Assembly (NCBI GenBank): GCA_963753345.1
Contig: CAVWBU010000041.1
Location: 64,001-128,000 of the forward strand
Length of the DNA: 64,000 nucleotides
Origin: an uncultured Fibrobacterota bacterium
GTDB taxonomy: Bacteria; Fibrobacterota; Chitinivibrionia; Chitinivibrionales; FEN-1185
Direction: 5' to 3'
The stretch's first letter is position 1, and each line of letters starts with the position of its first letter. Below the pieces are notes generated by a model. It did not search any database and was not told where the DNA came from. It worked only from the letters and a program-made list of their open reading frames with translations. Of this stretch, positions 21,285 through 29,732 are shown piece by piece. The position numbers and the translations under genes were made by a program.

Positions 21285-22853
21285 CTAGCATACCCTGAAC
21301 CTCGCTATTTCCGCGCCCGCCTTTGCGCAGTGAATGGCGCATGCAAGGCATGGGTCGAATGTCCTCACCACCCTCGCGGCCTCCATGGGGTTTTTCTCGT
21401 CCACTACCGGCGTGCCGGCGAGCGCCTGCTCCATGGGGCCGGCCACGCCATTGTCGTCCCTCGGGGACGCATTCCACGTTGTCGGCACAATGCACTGGTA
21501 GCGGGCAATTTTTCCGTTTTTCACCGAAATCCAGTGGCCGAGCGCTCCGCGCGGCGCCTCGCCCAGGCCCGCCCCCTCTCCGCTTTCGGGAACGGCGCAC
21601 TCCTGTCTCGGTCTTCCGCCTTCTTCTATTTCGTCAAGCCAGCCTGAGATCTTCTTGCACAGGAGCCTGCTCTCCACGGCCCTTGCCGCGTGTCTGCCGA
21701 TTGCGGACTGTAGTTTTGCAAGCGTGAGGCCTGTGGCGGCAAGGAGCGCATCGACCTCTCGCCGTATGTCCACACTGCCTGCCGTGTATCCCACCATCAT
21801 GCGTGCCAGAGGCCCAACCTCCATCGGCTTGCCTCCGTACCGGGGCGCCTTTATCCACGTATATGCTCCGGCCTTGTCGACAGAGGGCTCGGTCTGCCCC
21901 TGCGACGGATGAAGGTTCGTTGCCGAGGAATAGCGCGAGTGCAGGACCTGCTCGGTTATCCTGGTCTGGTCGAATGCCACTCGTTTTCCCTCCGACACGA
22001 TGCCACGCGGAAAGTAAAGGTCTGCAGTCTCGGGACCGTCGGGAAATTCCCCGTAGGCAAGAAAATCGCCGAACCGGCCGAGCTCCGCATACCCGGGAAG
22101 CGACTTCGCGAGCGCAATCACGTCGGGCACATAGGCGAAATTGACAAATTCGCCTATTTCCGCAAGAATGGTCCTGGCGGACGCTACGGCCGCCTTGTCG
22201 GGCGTCTGCGCCACACCGCCGGGCACAAGCCCGATTGCATGCGGGACCCTTCCCGCGAACAGCGCCACGAGCCGGTGCGCCTTCATGCGTATGTCAAGCG
22301 CCTTTACGTAGTGCGCTATCGCGGCGATGTTGAACGCAGTGTCCTTTATGTAGAAGCCTTCTCCGGCGTACCTCGGCAGAAACGGCGCACACGCCGTAGC
22401 AGCTTCGACACCGGTCTTCTTTTCCGAAAGTTCGCTCTTCGCCCATGCCTTGAGATACAGGAGCTTCTCGTCGTTTCCGGAATATGCGAGGATCGCAGTG
22501 ATATCGACGTAGTCGAGCGCGGCTAGATGATAGAAGTGCAGGATATGCGACTGCAGAAAGTTGGACGCCAGCGCAAGGTTTCTCAGGAGCCGCCCGTTCT
22601 TGTTGGGCACGACCCCACAGGCGGTTTCCACGCACCGCGACGATTCGATGCCGTGTGAAACAGGGCATACGCCGCAGATGCGCTGCGCTATCTGCACCGC
22701 GTCGAAGGGATGCCTTCCGATAAGGATCTGCTCGAAGCCGCGGAACATGTCGCCCCGCATGCGCGCCGACGTAACCCTGCCGGCATCAACGTCGAGCTCC
22801 ACCGACAGGTGGCCTTCAATGCGGGTGATGGGATCGATGACGATTTTCGACAT
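21285..22853 (-). CDS. [NiFe]-hydrogenase large subunit (group 1, 1a-like)
   Basis: IDPITRIEGH; L1 RICGVC; EAPRGALGHW; L2 FDPCLACAIH (Cys codon TGC, not Sec) plus a cleavable C-terminal extension. Confidence 0.95.
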   Translation of the reverse strand: MSKIVIDPITRIEGHLSVELDVDAGRVTSARMRGDMFRGFEQILIGRHPFDAVQIAQRICGVCPVSHGIESSRCVETACGVVPNKNGRLLRNLALASNFLQSHILHFYHLAALDYVDITAILAYSGNDEKLLYLKAWAKSELSEKKTGVEAATACAPFLPRYAGEGFYIKDTAFNIAAIAHYVKALDIRMKAHRLVALFAGRVPHAIGLVPGGVAQTPDKAAVASARTILAEIGEFVNFAYVPDVIALAKSLPGYAELGRFGDFLAYGEFPDGPETADLYFPRGIVSEGKRVAFDQTRITEQVLHSRYSSATNLHPSQGQTEPSVDKAGAYTWIKAPRYGGKPMEVGPLARMMVGYTAGSVDIRREVDALLAATGLTLAKLQSAIGRHAARAVESRLLCKKISGWLDEIEEGGRPRQECAVPESGEGAGLGEAPRGALGHWISVKNGKIARYQCIVPTTWNASPRDDNGVAGPMEQALAGTPVVDEKNPMEAARVVRTFDPCLACAIHCAKAGAEIARFRVC

Positions 22854-22870
22854 AATATTCTTTAGCTACG

Positions 22871-23039
22871 AGTTGACAGTTGACGGTTGACAGTTGACGG
22901 CAAGAATCATGTGACAATAACGACCACGTGCAAGCAAGATACACCGCTCCGGTTACAAATTGGAAATTGCAGGAACAACTTCATTCGGAATTTTGTACTT
23001 TGCTTTCAACTGAAAACTGTCAACCGTCAACTGTCAACT
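22871..23039. repeat. Inverted heptamer arrays between hydrogenase subunit genes
   Basis: (RGTTGAC)x4 at 22871-22898 and (GTCAACY)x3 at 23019-23039. 22871-22891 is the exact reverse complement of 23019-23039. Confidence 0.85.
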
Positions 23040-23046
23040 TGTTTGT

Positions 23047-23961
23047 TTATGCCTTCTTCGCCGTAAACAACCCCCGCTCGCCCGTGTCCGGGAACACCGG
23101 CTCAGTGCAGCCGATGCACCCGGCGCCGCACCCCGTGCACGAATTGACGCCGAGCCATTTGCGGACGGGAATGTCGCAGTTCGAATCAATGCCGAGGCAC
23201 CCGAGCTTGTACAGGCAGCCCTTGTCGCCCCAGGAGAGCGCGAACTCGTTCTTCCGGTATTCCTGGAGGTGTTCGCATTTGTCGTGCACCGTGGTCTTGA
23301 AATACAAAAGCGGCCTGCCGTACGCGTCGAGCTTGAGCCTCTTGCCCATAATAAGGTGCACCAGACTGCCGATGATCCAGTCCGGGTGCGCAGGGCAGCC
23401 GGGAATGTTGATCTGTTTTACGCCGGGCAGCACGCCCCACACCGGCATGGCGCCTGTGGGGTTTTCCCCGCCGCTCCGCATGCGCGCCGCGGGAATGCAG
23501 CCGTAGGCTGCGCAGGTCCCCACGGCCACCACCGCCTTCGCGTTCTTCGCAAGGAGCCCGACCCACTCGCGCACGCCGCGCGGTTTTCCGTTCACCTCGC
23601 CGATGGTGCAGAACGTCTCGGATTTTGCCGGAATGGAACCTTCGACCACCAGCACGTAGTTCTTTTTGCCTTCGTCAAGCGTTTTAAGAAGGATGTCGAT
23701 GGCGGTGTCGCCCGTGGCCGTGGAAAGCGTCTGGTGGAAGTGGAGGCTGATATGGTTGGTGATGAGCGTCGCGATGTCCGGGTCGCCGGCGTTGAGCAGG
23801 GACACCGAGTCGCCGGAGCAGCTCTGTCCCTGGAGCCAGATGACTGGGGTCCGCTTTGAGGCCTTGCCCAGGGTGATCTTCGTGCCGGCGAGCACGACTT
23901 CCGGAAACGCCAGAAGCGCGGTTGCGCCGCCCACGATGCGGATGAATTCTCTTCTGTTCAC
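23047..23961 (-). CDS. [NiFe]-hydrogenase small subunit, Tat-exported, no C-terminal membrane anchor
   Basis: GTG start overlapping the upstream stop; NRREFI twin-Arg; WLQGQSCSGD, VEGSIP, GTCAAYG, PGCP, HDKC, CLYKLGC, GCIGC. Confidence 0.95.
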   Translation of the reverse strand: MNRREFIRIVGGATALLAFPEVVLAGTKITLGKASKRTPVIWLQGQSCSGDSVSLLNAGDPDIATLITNHISLHFHQTLSTATGDTAIDILLKTLDEGKKNYVLVVEGSIPAKSETFCTIGEVNGKPRGVREWVGLLAKNAKAVVAVGTCAAYGCIPAARMRSGGENPTGAMPVWGVLPGVKQINIPGCPAHPDWIIGSLVHLIMGKRLKLDAYGRPLLYFKTTVHDKCEHLQEYRKNEFALSWGDKGCLYKLGCLGIDSNCDIPVRKWLGVNSCTGCGAGCIGCTEPVFPDTGERGLFTAKKA

Positions 23962-24464
23962 GTGGCTGAAGTTTCCCCGCCGGTTCCCAGCGTCCCCGTT
24001 GATTCCTGATATTCGGCAATAATCGTTTGAACCATTGCAACGACCCTCGGCAGGACCGCTCTCACCGCCTGCGTCGGCTCCGGGTTCATGCTCTCTGCAT
24101 CGGCCGGGACAATCCCCAGAATCTCCGTACGCGGCCGTTCTCCCAGCAGACGCACGGCGGAAAGCGCATCGCGGATCCCCGCCTCGTGAACCGAAAACAT
24201 GCCGTCTGTTGTATTTGTCAAATACGATGCCGGGAACCTGAAAACGCTGCCGGGCGGCGCATTCGTTTTAAGGGCGTCAATCACCAGAATGCGCACCCTC
24301 CCGGAAATCAAGGCCGGCAGGTCGAGTCCGTTTGCGCCCGCGTCAACCGCCTCAACCCCGTCGGGCAGTCGCCCCGAGTCGAGGAGCAGGTTAACCGCAT
24401 GAACTCCGGCGCCGTCGTCGGAACGAAGCATATTCCCCATTCCCAGGATAAGCACAGGTTTCAT
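23958..24464 (-). CDS. Hydrogenase maturation endopeptidase (HyaD/HybD family)
   Basis: ILGMGNMLRSDDGAG, VIDA, SVHE motifs. Confidence 0.92.
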   Translation of the reverse strand: MKPVLILGMGNMLRSDDGAGVHAVNLLLDSGRLPDGVEAVDAGANGLDLPALISGRVRILVIDALKTNAPPGSVFRFPASYLTNTTDGMFSVHEAGIRDALSAVRLLGERPRTEILGIVPADAESMNPEPTQAVRAVLPRVVAMVQTIIAEYQESTGTLGTGGETSAT

Positions 24465-24601
24465 ACGGCCGCGATGCCATCAAAAATATTTTTCCTGCGG
24501 ACTTTTTCCAATTCTTTTTTCTTACCTGCACGTAATCGGTTATCCCATCCGGGCAAGACCGATCCGAGTTAAGACTTTTTTCACGCCCGTACCGAATAAC
24601 T

Positions 24602-24630
24602 ATAATATCACTTTGCACCATCAGGTGCAA
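24602..24630 (-). promoter_or_regulatory. Sigma70-type promoter for the hydrogenase operon with overlapping 7-4-7 palindrome
   Basis: Minus strand TTGCAC-17 nt-TATTAT. TTGCACC-ATCA-GGTGCAA at 24613-24630 covers the -35 element. Confidence 0.55.
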
Positions 24631-24648
24631 GTCAGAATTGTCCCGCCC

Positions 24649-25746
24649 CTACCTCTGCACCCTCGCGCTCCCGCCCTTCATGATCTTTTCCACTTCCTTG
24701 AGCGTGGCGGTCGACGTATCGCCGGGCGTGGTCATGGCGTGCGCTCCATGCGCCGCACCGCAGTCCACGCAGTACTGCGGGTCCTTCCCGGAAAGGAACC
24801 CGTAGATGCAGCCGGAGGCAAAACTGTCGCCGCCGCCCACGCGGTCGCAGACGGCAAGATCGGGGTATTTGCGGGACTCGTAAAACTTCCCGTCGCACCA
24901 GAGCACCGCGGCCCAGTCGTTGACGGATGCGGTTTTCGCGTCGCGAAGCGTGGTGGCAACCGCCTTGAAGTTCGGGTAGGCCTTCACCGCCTTTTCGATC
25001 ATCCTCTTGAAGCTCGCCGGATCAAGACCGCTCAGGTTTTCGTCCACGCCCTCCACCTCGAATCCGAGCGCCGCAGTGAAATCCTCCTCGTTACCGATCA
25101 TCACGTCGACGTAGTTCGCGATTGCGCGGTTGACTTCCTGCGACTTGGCCTTGCCGCCTATCGACTTCCACAGCGATTCGCGGTAGTTAAGGTCGTAACT
25201 TATCACGGTGCCGTTGGCCTTGGCCGCCTTCATGGCCTCGATCACGACATCCGCCGTGGTGGCCGAAAGCGCCGCGAAAATGCCGCCGCAGTGGAACCAG
25301 CGGGCCCCCTCCTCCTTGAACAGTTTGTTCCAGTCGACGTCGCCCGTCTTCATTTGTGAAGCTGCCGAATTGCCGCGGTCCGACACGCCCAGCGCCGCGC
25401 GTACGCCGAAACCGCGTTCCGTAAAGTTAAGTCCCACGCGGACATTGCGGCCAATGCCGTCGAACGGAACCCATTTGATGTGCGACGCGTCGACCCCGCC
25501 CTGATAGACGAGGTCGAGCAGAAGCTGGCCCACGTCGTTTTCCGGGATCGCGGTGACCACGGAGGTGGCGCAACCGAAGCAGCGCTTGAGCCCCCGCGCC
25601 ACATTGTATTCGCCGCCGCCTTCCCACACCTTGAATTCGCGCGCGCACTTGATGCGGCCCTCGCCCGGGTCGAGCCGGAGCATGATTTCGCCGAGCGAGA
25701 CTTCGTCCCATTTGCAATGGGCCTTTGGTTTGATGGTGAGGGGCAT
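24649..25746 (-). CDS. kdgK: 2-keto-3-deoxygluconate kinase (PfkB family)
   Basis: SLGEIMLRL, GGGEYNVA, YDLNYR, GNEED, DRVGGGDSF. Start at MPLTIKPK. Confidence 0.9.
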   Translation of the reverse strand: MPLTIKPKAHCKWDEVSLGEIMLRLDPGEGRIKCAREFKVWEGGGEYNVARGLKRCFGCATSVVTAIPENDVGQLLLDLVYQGGVDASHIKWVPFDGIGRNVRVGLNFTERGFGVRAALGVSDRGNSAASQMKTGDVDWNKLFKEEGARWFHCGGIFAALSATTADVVIEAMKAAKANGTVISYDLNYRESLWKSIGGKAKSQEVNRAIANYVDVMIGNEEDFTAALGFEVEGVDENLSGLDPASFKRMIEKAVKAYPNFKAVATTLRDAKTASVNDWAAVLWCDGKFYESRKYPDLAVCDRVGGGDSFASGCIYGFLSGKDPQYCVDCGAAHGAHAMTTPGDTSTATLKEVEKIMKGGSARVQR

Positions 25747-25839
25747 CTTGGGAACTCCTGTTGATGAGTTGAAGCGTATTCGCGTATATGCGTGTATGCG
25801 TTGATGAGATGATGGGTTGATTTGCGCAACAGTAGTATT

Positions 25840-25864
25840 GTCACTCCCGCGGAAGCGGGAGTCC
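25840..25864. repeat. REP-like palindrome (GTCAYTCCCGCG..GCGGGA.TCC type)
   Basis: gtcactcccgcggaagcgggagtcc in the eda-kdgK gap. Confidence 0.65.
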
Positions 25865-25896
25865 ATCATCCTTTACTATCATCCATATATAGGGGT

Positions 25897-26544
25897 CTAC
25901 TTCTTCACCCCCGCCGCTTTCGCAATCTCCACCGCGCGTTTCGTGATTTCGGCTATCTGGTCAAACGCTTTGGCGTTGATAAGATCCGCTTTGGCTATCC
26001 ATGTCCCGCCGCAGCACAGCGTCTTTGCAAACGCGAGATACGCGGCGAGGTTCTTTTCTTCTATGCCGCCCGTGGGCACGAACCGCACCTTGCCGTACGG
26101 CGCGCTCATGGCCGTAAGCGTCTTGAGCCCGCCCATGGCTTCGGCCGGGAAGAACTTGAGCACGTCCACGCCCAAGTCCAGCCCCATCTCTATTTCCGTA
26201 GGCGTCGCAACGCCGGGCGTCACCGGGATGTTGTTCTTGATGCAATGCTCCACCACCTTTGGGTTGAACCCCGGCGCTACGATAAACACCGCGCCGCAGT
26301 CAACGGCTTTCTTCACCGTGTCGACGTTCAGTACCGTTCCGGCGCCCACGAGCATGTCGCCCCGCGATGCCATTTTCGTTATCGCGTCCGCAGCCGCCGC
26401 GGTGCGGAAGGTGATTTCGGCGCAGGGAAGGCCGCCCTTTACAAACGCGTCGGCAAGCGGCGGCGCGTCGCCGGCGTCGTCGATCTTGACGACCGGGATC
26501 ACCTTCATCTGTTCGAATTTCCTGAAAAGTTCGTTTTTGTCCAT
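25897..26544 (-). CDS. eda: KDPG/KHG aldolase
   Basis: EITFRT, GAGTVL, PGVATPTE, KFFPAE, FVPTGGI. Confidence 0.93.
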   Translation of the reverse strand: MDKNELFRKFEQMKVIPVVKIDDAGDAPPLADAFVKGGLPCAEITFRTAAAADAITKMASRGDMLVGAGTVLNVDTVKKAVDCGAVFIVAPGFNPKVVEHCIKNNIPVTPGVATPTEIEMGLDLGVDVLKFFPAEAMGGLKTLTAMSAPYGKVRFVPTGGIEEKNLAAYLAFAKTLCCGGTWIAKADLINAKAFDQIAEITKRAVEIAKAAGVKK

Positions 26545-26629
26545 TAAAGCTCCTTGCCGCGAATGTTCCCTTACACGCCCTTGTTCTATGATCTTCAGCA
26601 ATTAAAATCTACAATCTACATTCTACAAT

Positions 26630-28628
26630 CTACAATTTATATATCTCTCCGCTCCGGTACGCCTGCCACGCAGTCTCGAACCACGCATCGGCCTTGGGCA
26701 GCGGCCGGCGGGGCACCCATTGGTGCGAAAAGATTGCTTCTCCGGCCGAAACCACGTCCGTTTCCATCACCTTGTCGCGGAAGCGCTCGTCCAATGGCTC
26801 GAACCGCCATTCGTCGCCGAGGTCCTTGTGAGCGGGCAGTCCGTTTTTGTCAAGCACCACGGCCGATCCCCTGCTGCCCGCGCCGCTGTCCACCGCGAAC
26901 TTCACGGCGTCAAGATACGCCGCGTGCGCAAAACACAGCTGCAGATTGCGCAGGGATTCCACGGCATCTTTGACCGTGCGGCAGGCGTTTCCTTCGGCTG
27001 CGAGGCGCAGGTACTGGTCGCGCGCTTCCGGCACGGACGCGGCCAGCACGGCCGAGCTCCTGATGTGCGCGCCCGCCTTGGTCATGCGGCCCTGGAACTC
27101 CGCGCGCTCGTCCTGCCATCTTCTGTTTCGAACTTTTGCATTTGTCAATCCAGCCGAGCAGCCGGGCCGCGGTCTTCCCCGCCTCTGCAGCGGCAGCGCT
27201 TTCCCCCAGATCCTTTGCGGCATAACGGTGCGCAATGTACTCGGCTGCACGGAACCCGGCAACCTGCCCGGAATTGAGCGCCGAGCCGCCCGGCCGGTAA
27301 ATGCCGTGCGAGCCGTTCACTTCGCCGACCGGAAACAGGTGCTTGACATTCACCGATTCCCACCACAGGTTTCCGGCCAGCCCGCCGTTGTTGTGCTGTG
27401 CGCACACCGCGACCTCAAGCGGTTCCTTCGCGAGGTCTATGCCGTGCTCTTTGTAAAGGTCAATTGCGGGCTGGTTCATTTTCGCCAATCGTTCGATGGG
27501 CGTAGCGAGCAACGCGCCCGATTTCTCCAGGTACTCGCGCGCCTCCTTCGACAACGCCGCGAAATCGAATCCTTCCGGGTTTTTCGTGTAGTCAAGAAAC
27601 ACACGCCGGCCCTTGACAACGGTCTCGATGTAAACGAGGATGTCCACGATGGACGATCCGCCTGCCGCCTTCCGGGGGTCGAACGGCCACTGGTAGCCCT
27701 TGAGGAACACCATGCTGTTCATGGCGCCCGCGCTTTCGAAGAACGGCCTCAAAAATTCCCGCGCGTCGCTTTTCCCGTCGGCGGCGGTGCTTACAAACTG
27801 CGGAATCACCTGCATGTAGGTGCCGGATACGTTCCACCGGAACTTGATGGATGCGAGGCCGTACTGCGATTCGGGCAGGCTCTGCGCCTTTGCGCCGGCC
27901 AGCAAAGCGAGCCCGATACCGCCGGTGTGCACCGTGGGATACACGCTCGTTGCGTACAGGCCGCCCGGACCGCCCGCGGCGAACACTACGTTGTCGGCGA
28001 GGTAGAGCTCGAACGCGGCAGCGGTGCTCTTCGCGGAAGACTTCATCACCACGGCGCCGGCCGCGCGCCTGGCCTCGCCTTCGCCGGTTGTCAACAGCGA
28101 CACCGCAATACGTTTTTCGCGCACCATAATACTTCGGCGTTTCACTTCGTCAATAAGCACGCGGCACATTTCGCGCGAGGTGTAGGGTCCGAACGACGTG
28201 GCGCGCTGGCGCGGGTCGTGGTCGGTCTTGTAGCCCACGAACTGGCCGTACTTGTCCGAGGGGAATTTTACGCCGAGGTTCACAAGGCTGAGGAAGGCAC
28301 GCGCCGACAGCGACGCCTCCACGAGCGCCAGGTCGCCGTGCATGCCGCCGTTGTCAAAGAACGATTCGGCAAGCGCCATGGGCGAATCGTCCTGGCTGCC
28401 GTACATGCCGAGCTTGTAGTAGGTCTGCTTGTCGCTTCCCGTGTTGATGGAGGTCCCCATGCGCAGGCCCTCGGTCACGATGCACAGGTCGGTGATGCCG
28501 TTGGCATGCAGCTGCACCGCGGCATTGAGCCCCGCCGCGCCCGAGCCAATCACCAGCGTATGGACGCGGAAGCTGGGAATGGAAAATTTTCTGCCATTAT
28601 ATTTGACGATTTGTTTGGTGGTCTTCAT
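26630..28628 (-). CDS. FAD-dependent oxidoreductase (SdhA/NadB-like FAD_binding_2), split by a +1 frameshift near 27126
   Basis: VIGSGAAG; GSDKQTYYK; QHNNGG; GEVNGSHG..RPGGSAL. C-terminus continues in 26630..27262 (WQDER...GSRGS). Confidence 0.8.
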
Positions 28629-28699
28629 TTGAGGATTTCCCTTGCGACAAAATTACAATGCGATTTTCCGAGGAACCTTGACCCGTAGTACCGTTTCAA

Positions 28700-28736
28700 C
28701 CTCACCCCCGACCCCTCTCCCACAGGGAGAGGGGGA
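28700..28736. repeat. Intergenic palindromic repeat (CCCTCTCCC..GGGAGAGGG type)
   Basis: cctcacccccgacccctctcccacagggagagggg. Confidence 0.6.
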
Positions 28737-28948
28737 CAGGCACACTGACCCAACCCGGTTTCTTTTCAACTATCGCTCGTGGGTGCCGCCACAACGATGC
28801 ATGGTCTTGCAGCCACTTTATCAAGGCGGTCACCCAGGAGGGGGTAGCGCAGGACCGGCCGTGGACATTTTGAATACTGGTTTGTGAAGTACGCGGCCGG
28901 GCCGGAGCGAGGGGGAAACTTCCCCCCTTGTAAAGCTATCTATTTAAA

Positions 28949-29722
28949 TCATAATCTTGATATCGAAAATCCCCCGTCCACATTCACCACCTGCCCGGTC
29001 GAATACCCTATGTCGCCGCGCGCCATCATTGCGGCGCATTTCGCAATGTCTTCGGGCATGCCCCAGCGCTTCTGCAGCAGGACCCCTTCGGCGATGAGCT
29101 TGTCGTACTTCTCCTTGACCACCGACGTCATATCGGTCATGATGATGCCGGGCCGTATCTCGTACACAGGAATATCTTCCTGGGCAAGGCGCACGGCCCA
29201 CAGCTTTGTGGCCATGCTCACGCCCGCCTTGGAGACGCAGTACTCGCCCCTGCTGATGGACGCGGTCTCCGCCGACGTCGACGATATGTTGATGATGCAG
29301 CCGCTCCACGACTTGTCCGCTTTCTTCTGCTCGATCATCCAGCGGGCCGCATGCTGCGTGAGGAAATACGGACCCTGCAGGTTGATCCGCATGACGCGCT
29401 CCCAGCTCTCTTCCGTTGCGTCAAGCACGTCAGCGCGCACCTTGGGGGCCACGCCCGCGTTGTTGACCAGCACGTTGAGCCCGCCCATGGTTTTTCTTAT
29501 TGCGTCAAGCGTGTTGCTCCTGTCGAGGGCGCTGCTCACGTCGCCCATCCAGTACAGGACCTTCGCGCCCGCGGCCTTGAGCGCGGCCATGTTCTTTGCG
29601 ACATCGTCCTGCGGCAGCACGTCGAACACCGCGACATCGTATCCTTCCATAGCGAACTGCCGGGCGATGGCAAAGCCTATGCCCCGCCCCGCGCCGGTGA
29701 CGAGGACTGTTTTTTTCTTCAT
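28949..29722 (-). CDS. Short-chain dehydrogenase/reductase
   Basis: TGAGRGIG, NNAG, NISS, YCVSK, RPGII, VDGG. Confidence 0.92.
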   Translation of the reverse strand: MKKKTVLVTGAGRGIGFAIARQFAMEGYDVAVFDVLPQDDVAKNMAALKAAGAKVLYWMGDVSSALDRSNTLDAIRKTMGGLNVLVNNAGVAPKVRADVLDATEESWERVMRINLQGPYFLTQHAARWMIEQKKADKSWSGCIINISSTSAETASISRGEYCVSKAGVSMATKLWAVRLAQEDIPVYEIRPGIIMTDMTSVVKEKYDKLIAEGVLLQKRWGMPEDIAKCAAMMARGDIGYSTGQVVNVDGGFSISRL

Positions 29723-29732
29723 AGCAGGCTCC

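Noticed and set aside
21327-21360. Selenocysteine ([NiFeSe]) in the L2 motif
   Set aside because: The codon is TGC and there is no in-frame TGA.
21292-21600. N-terminal extension of ORF 19978..21600
   Set aside because: Overlaps the conserved C-terminus of the hydrogenase large subunit.
26847-28688. 613-aa plus-strand ORF
   Set aside because: Antisense to the flavoprotein gene.
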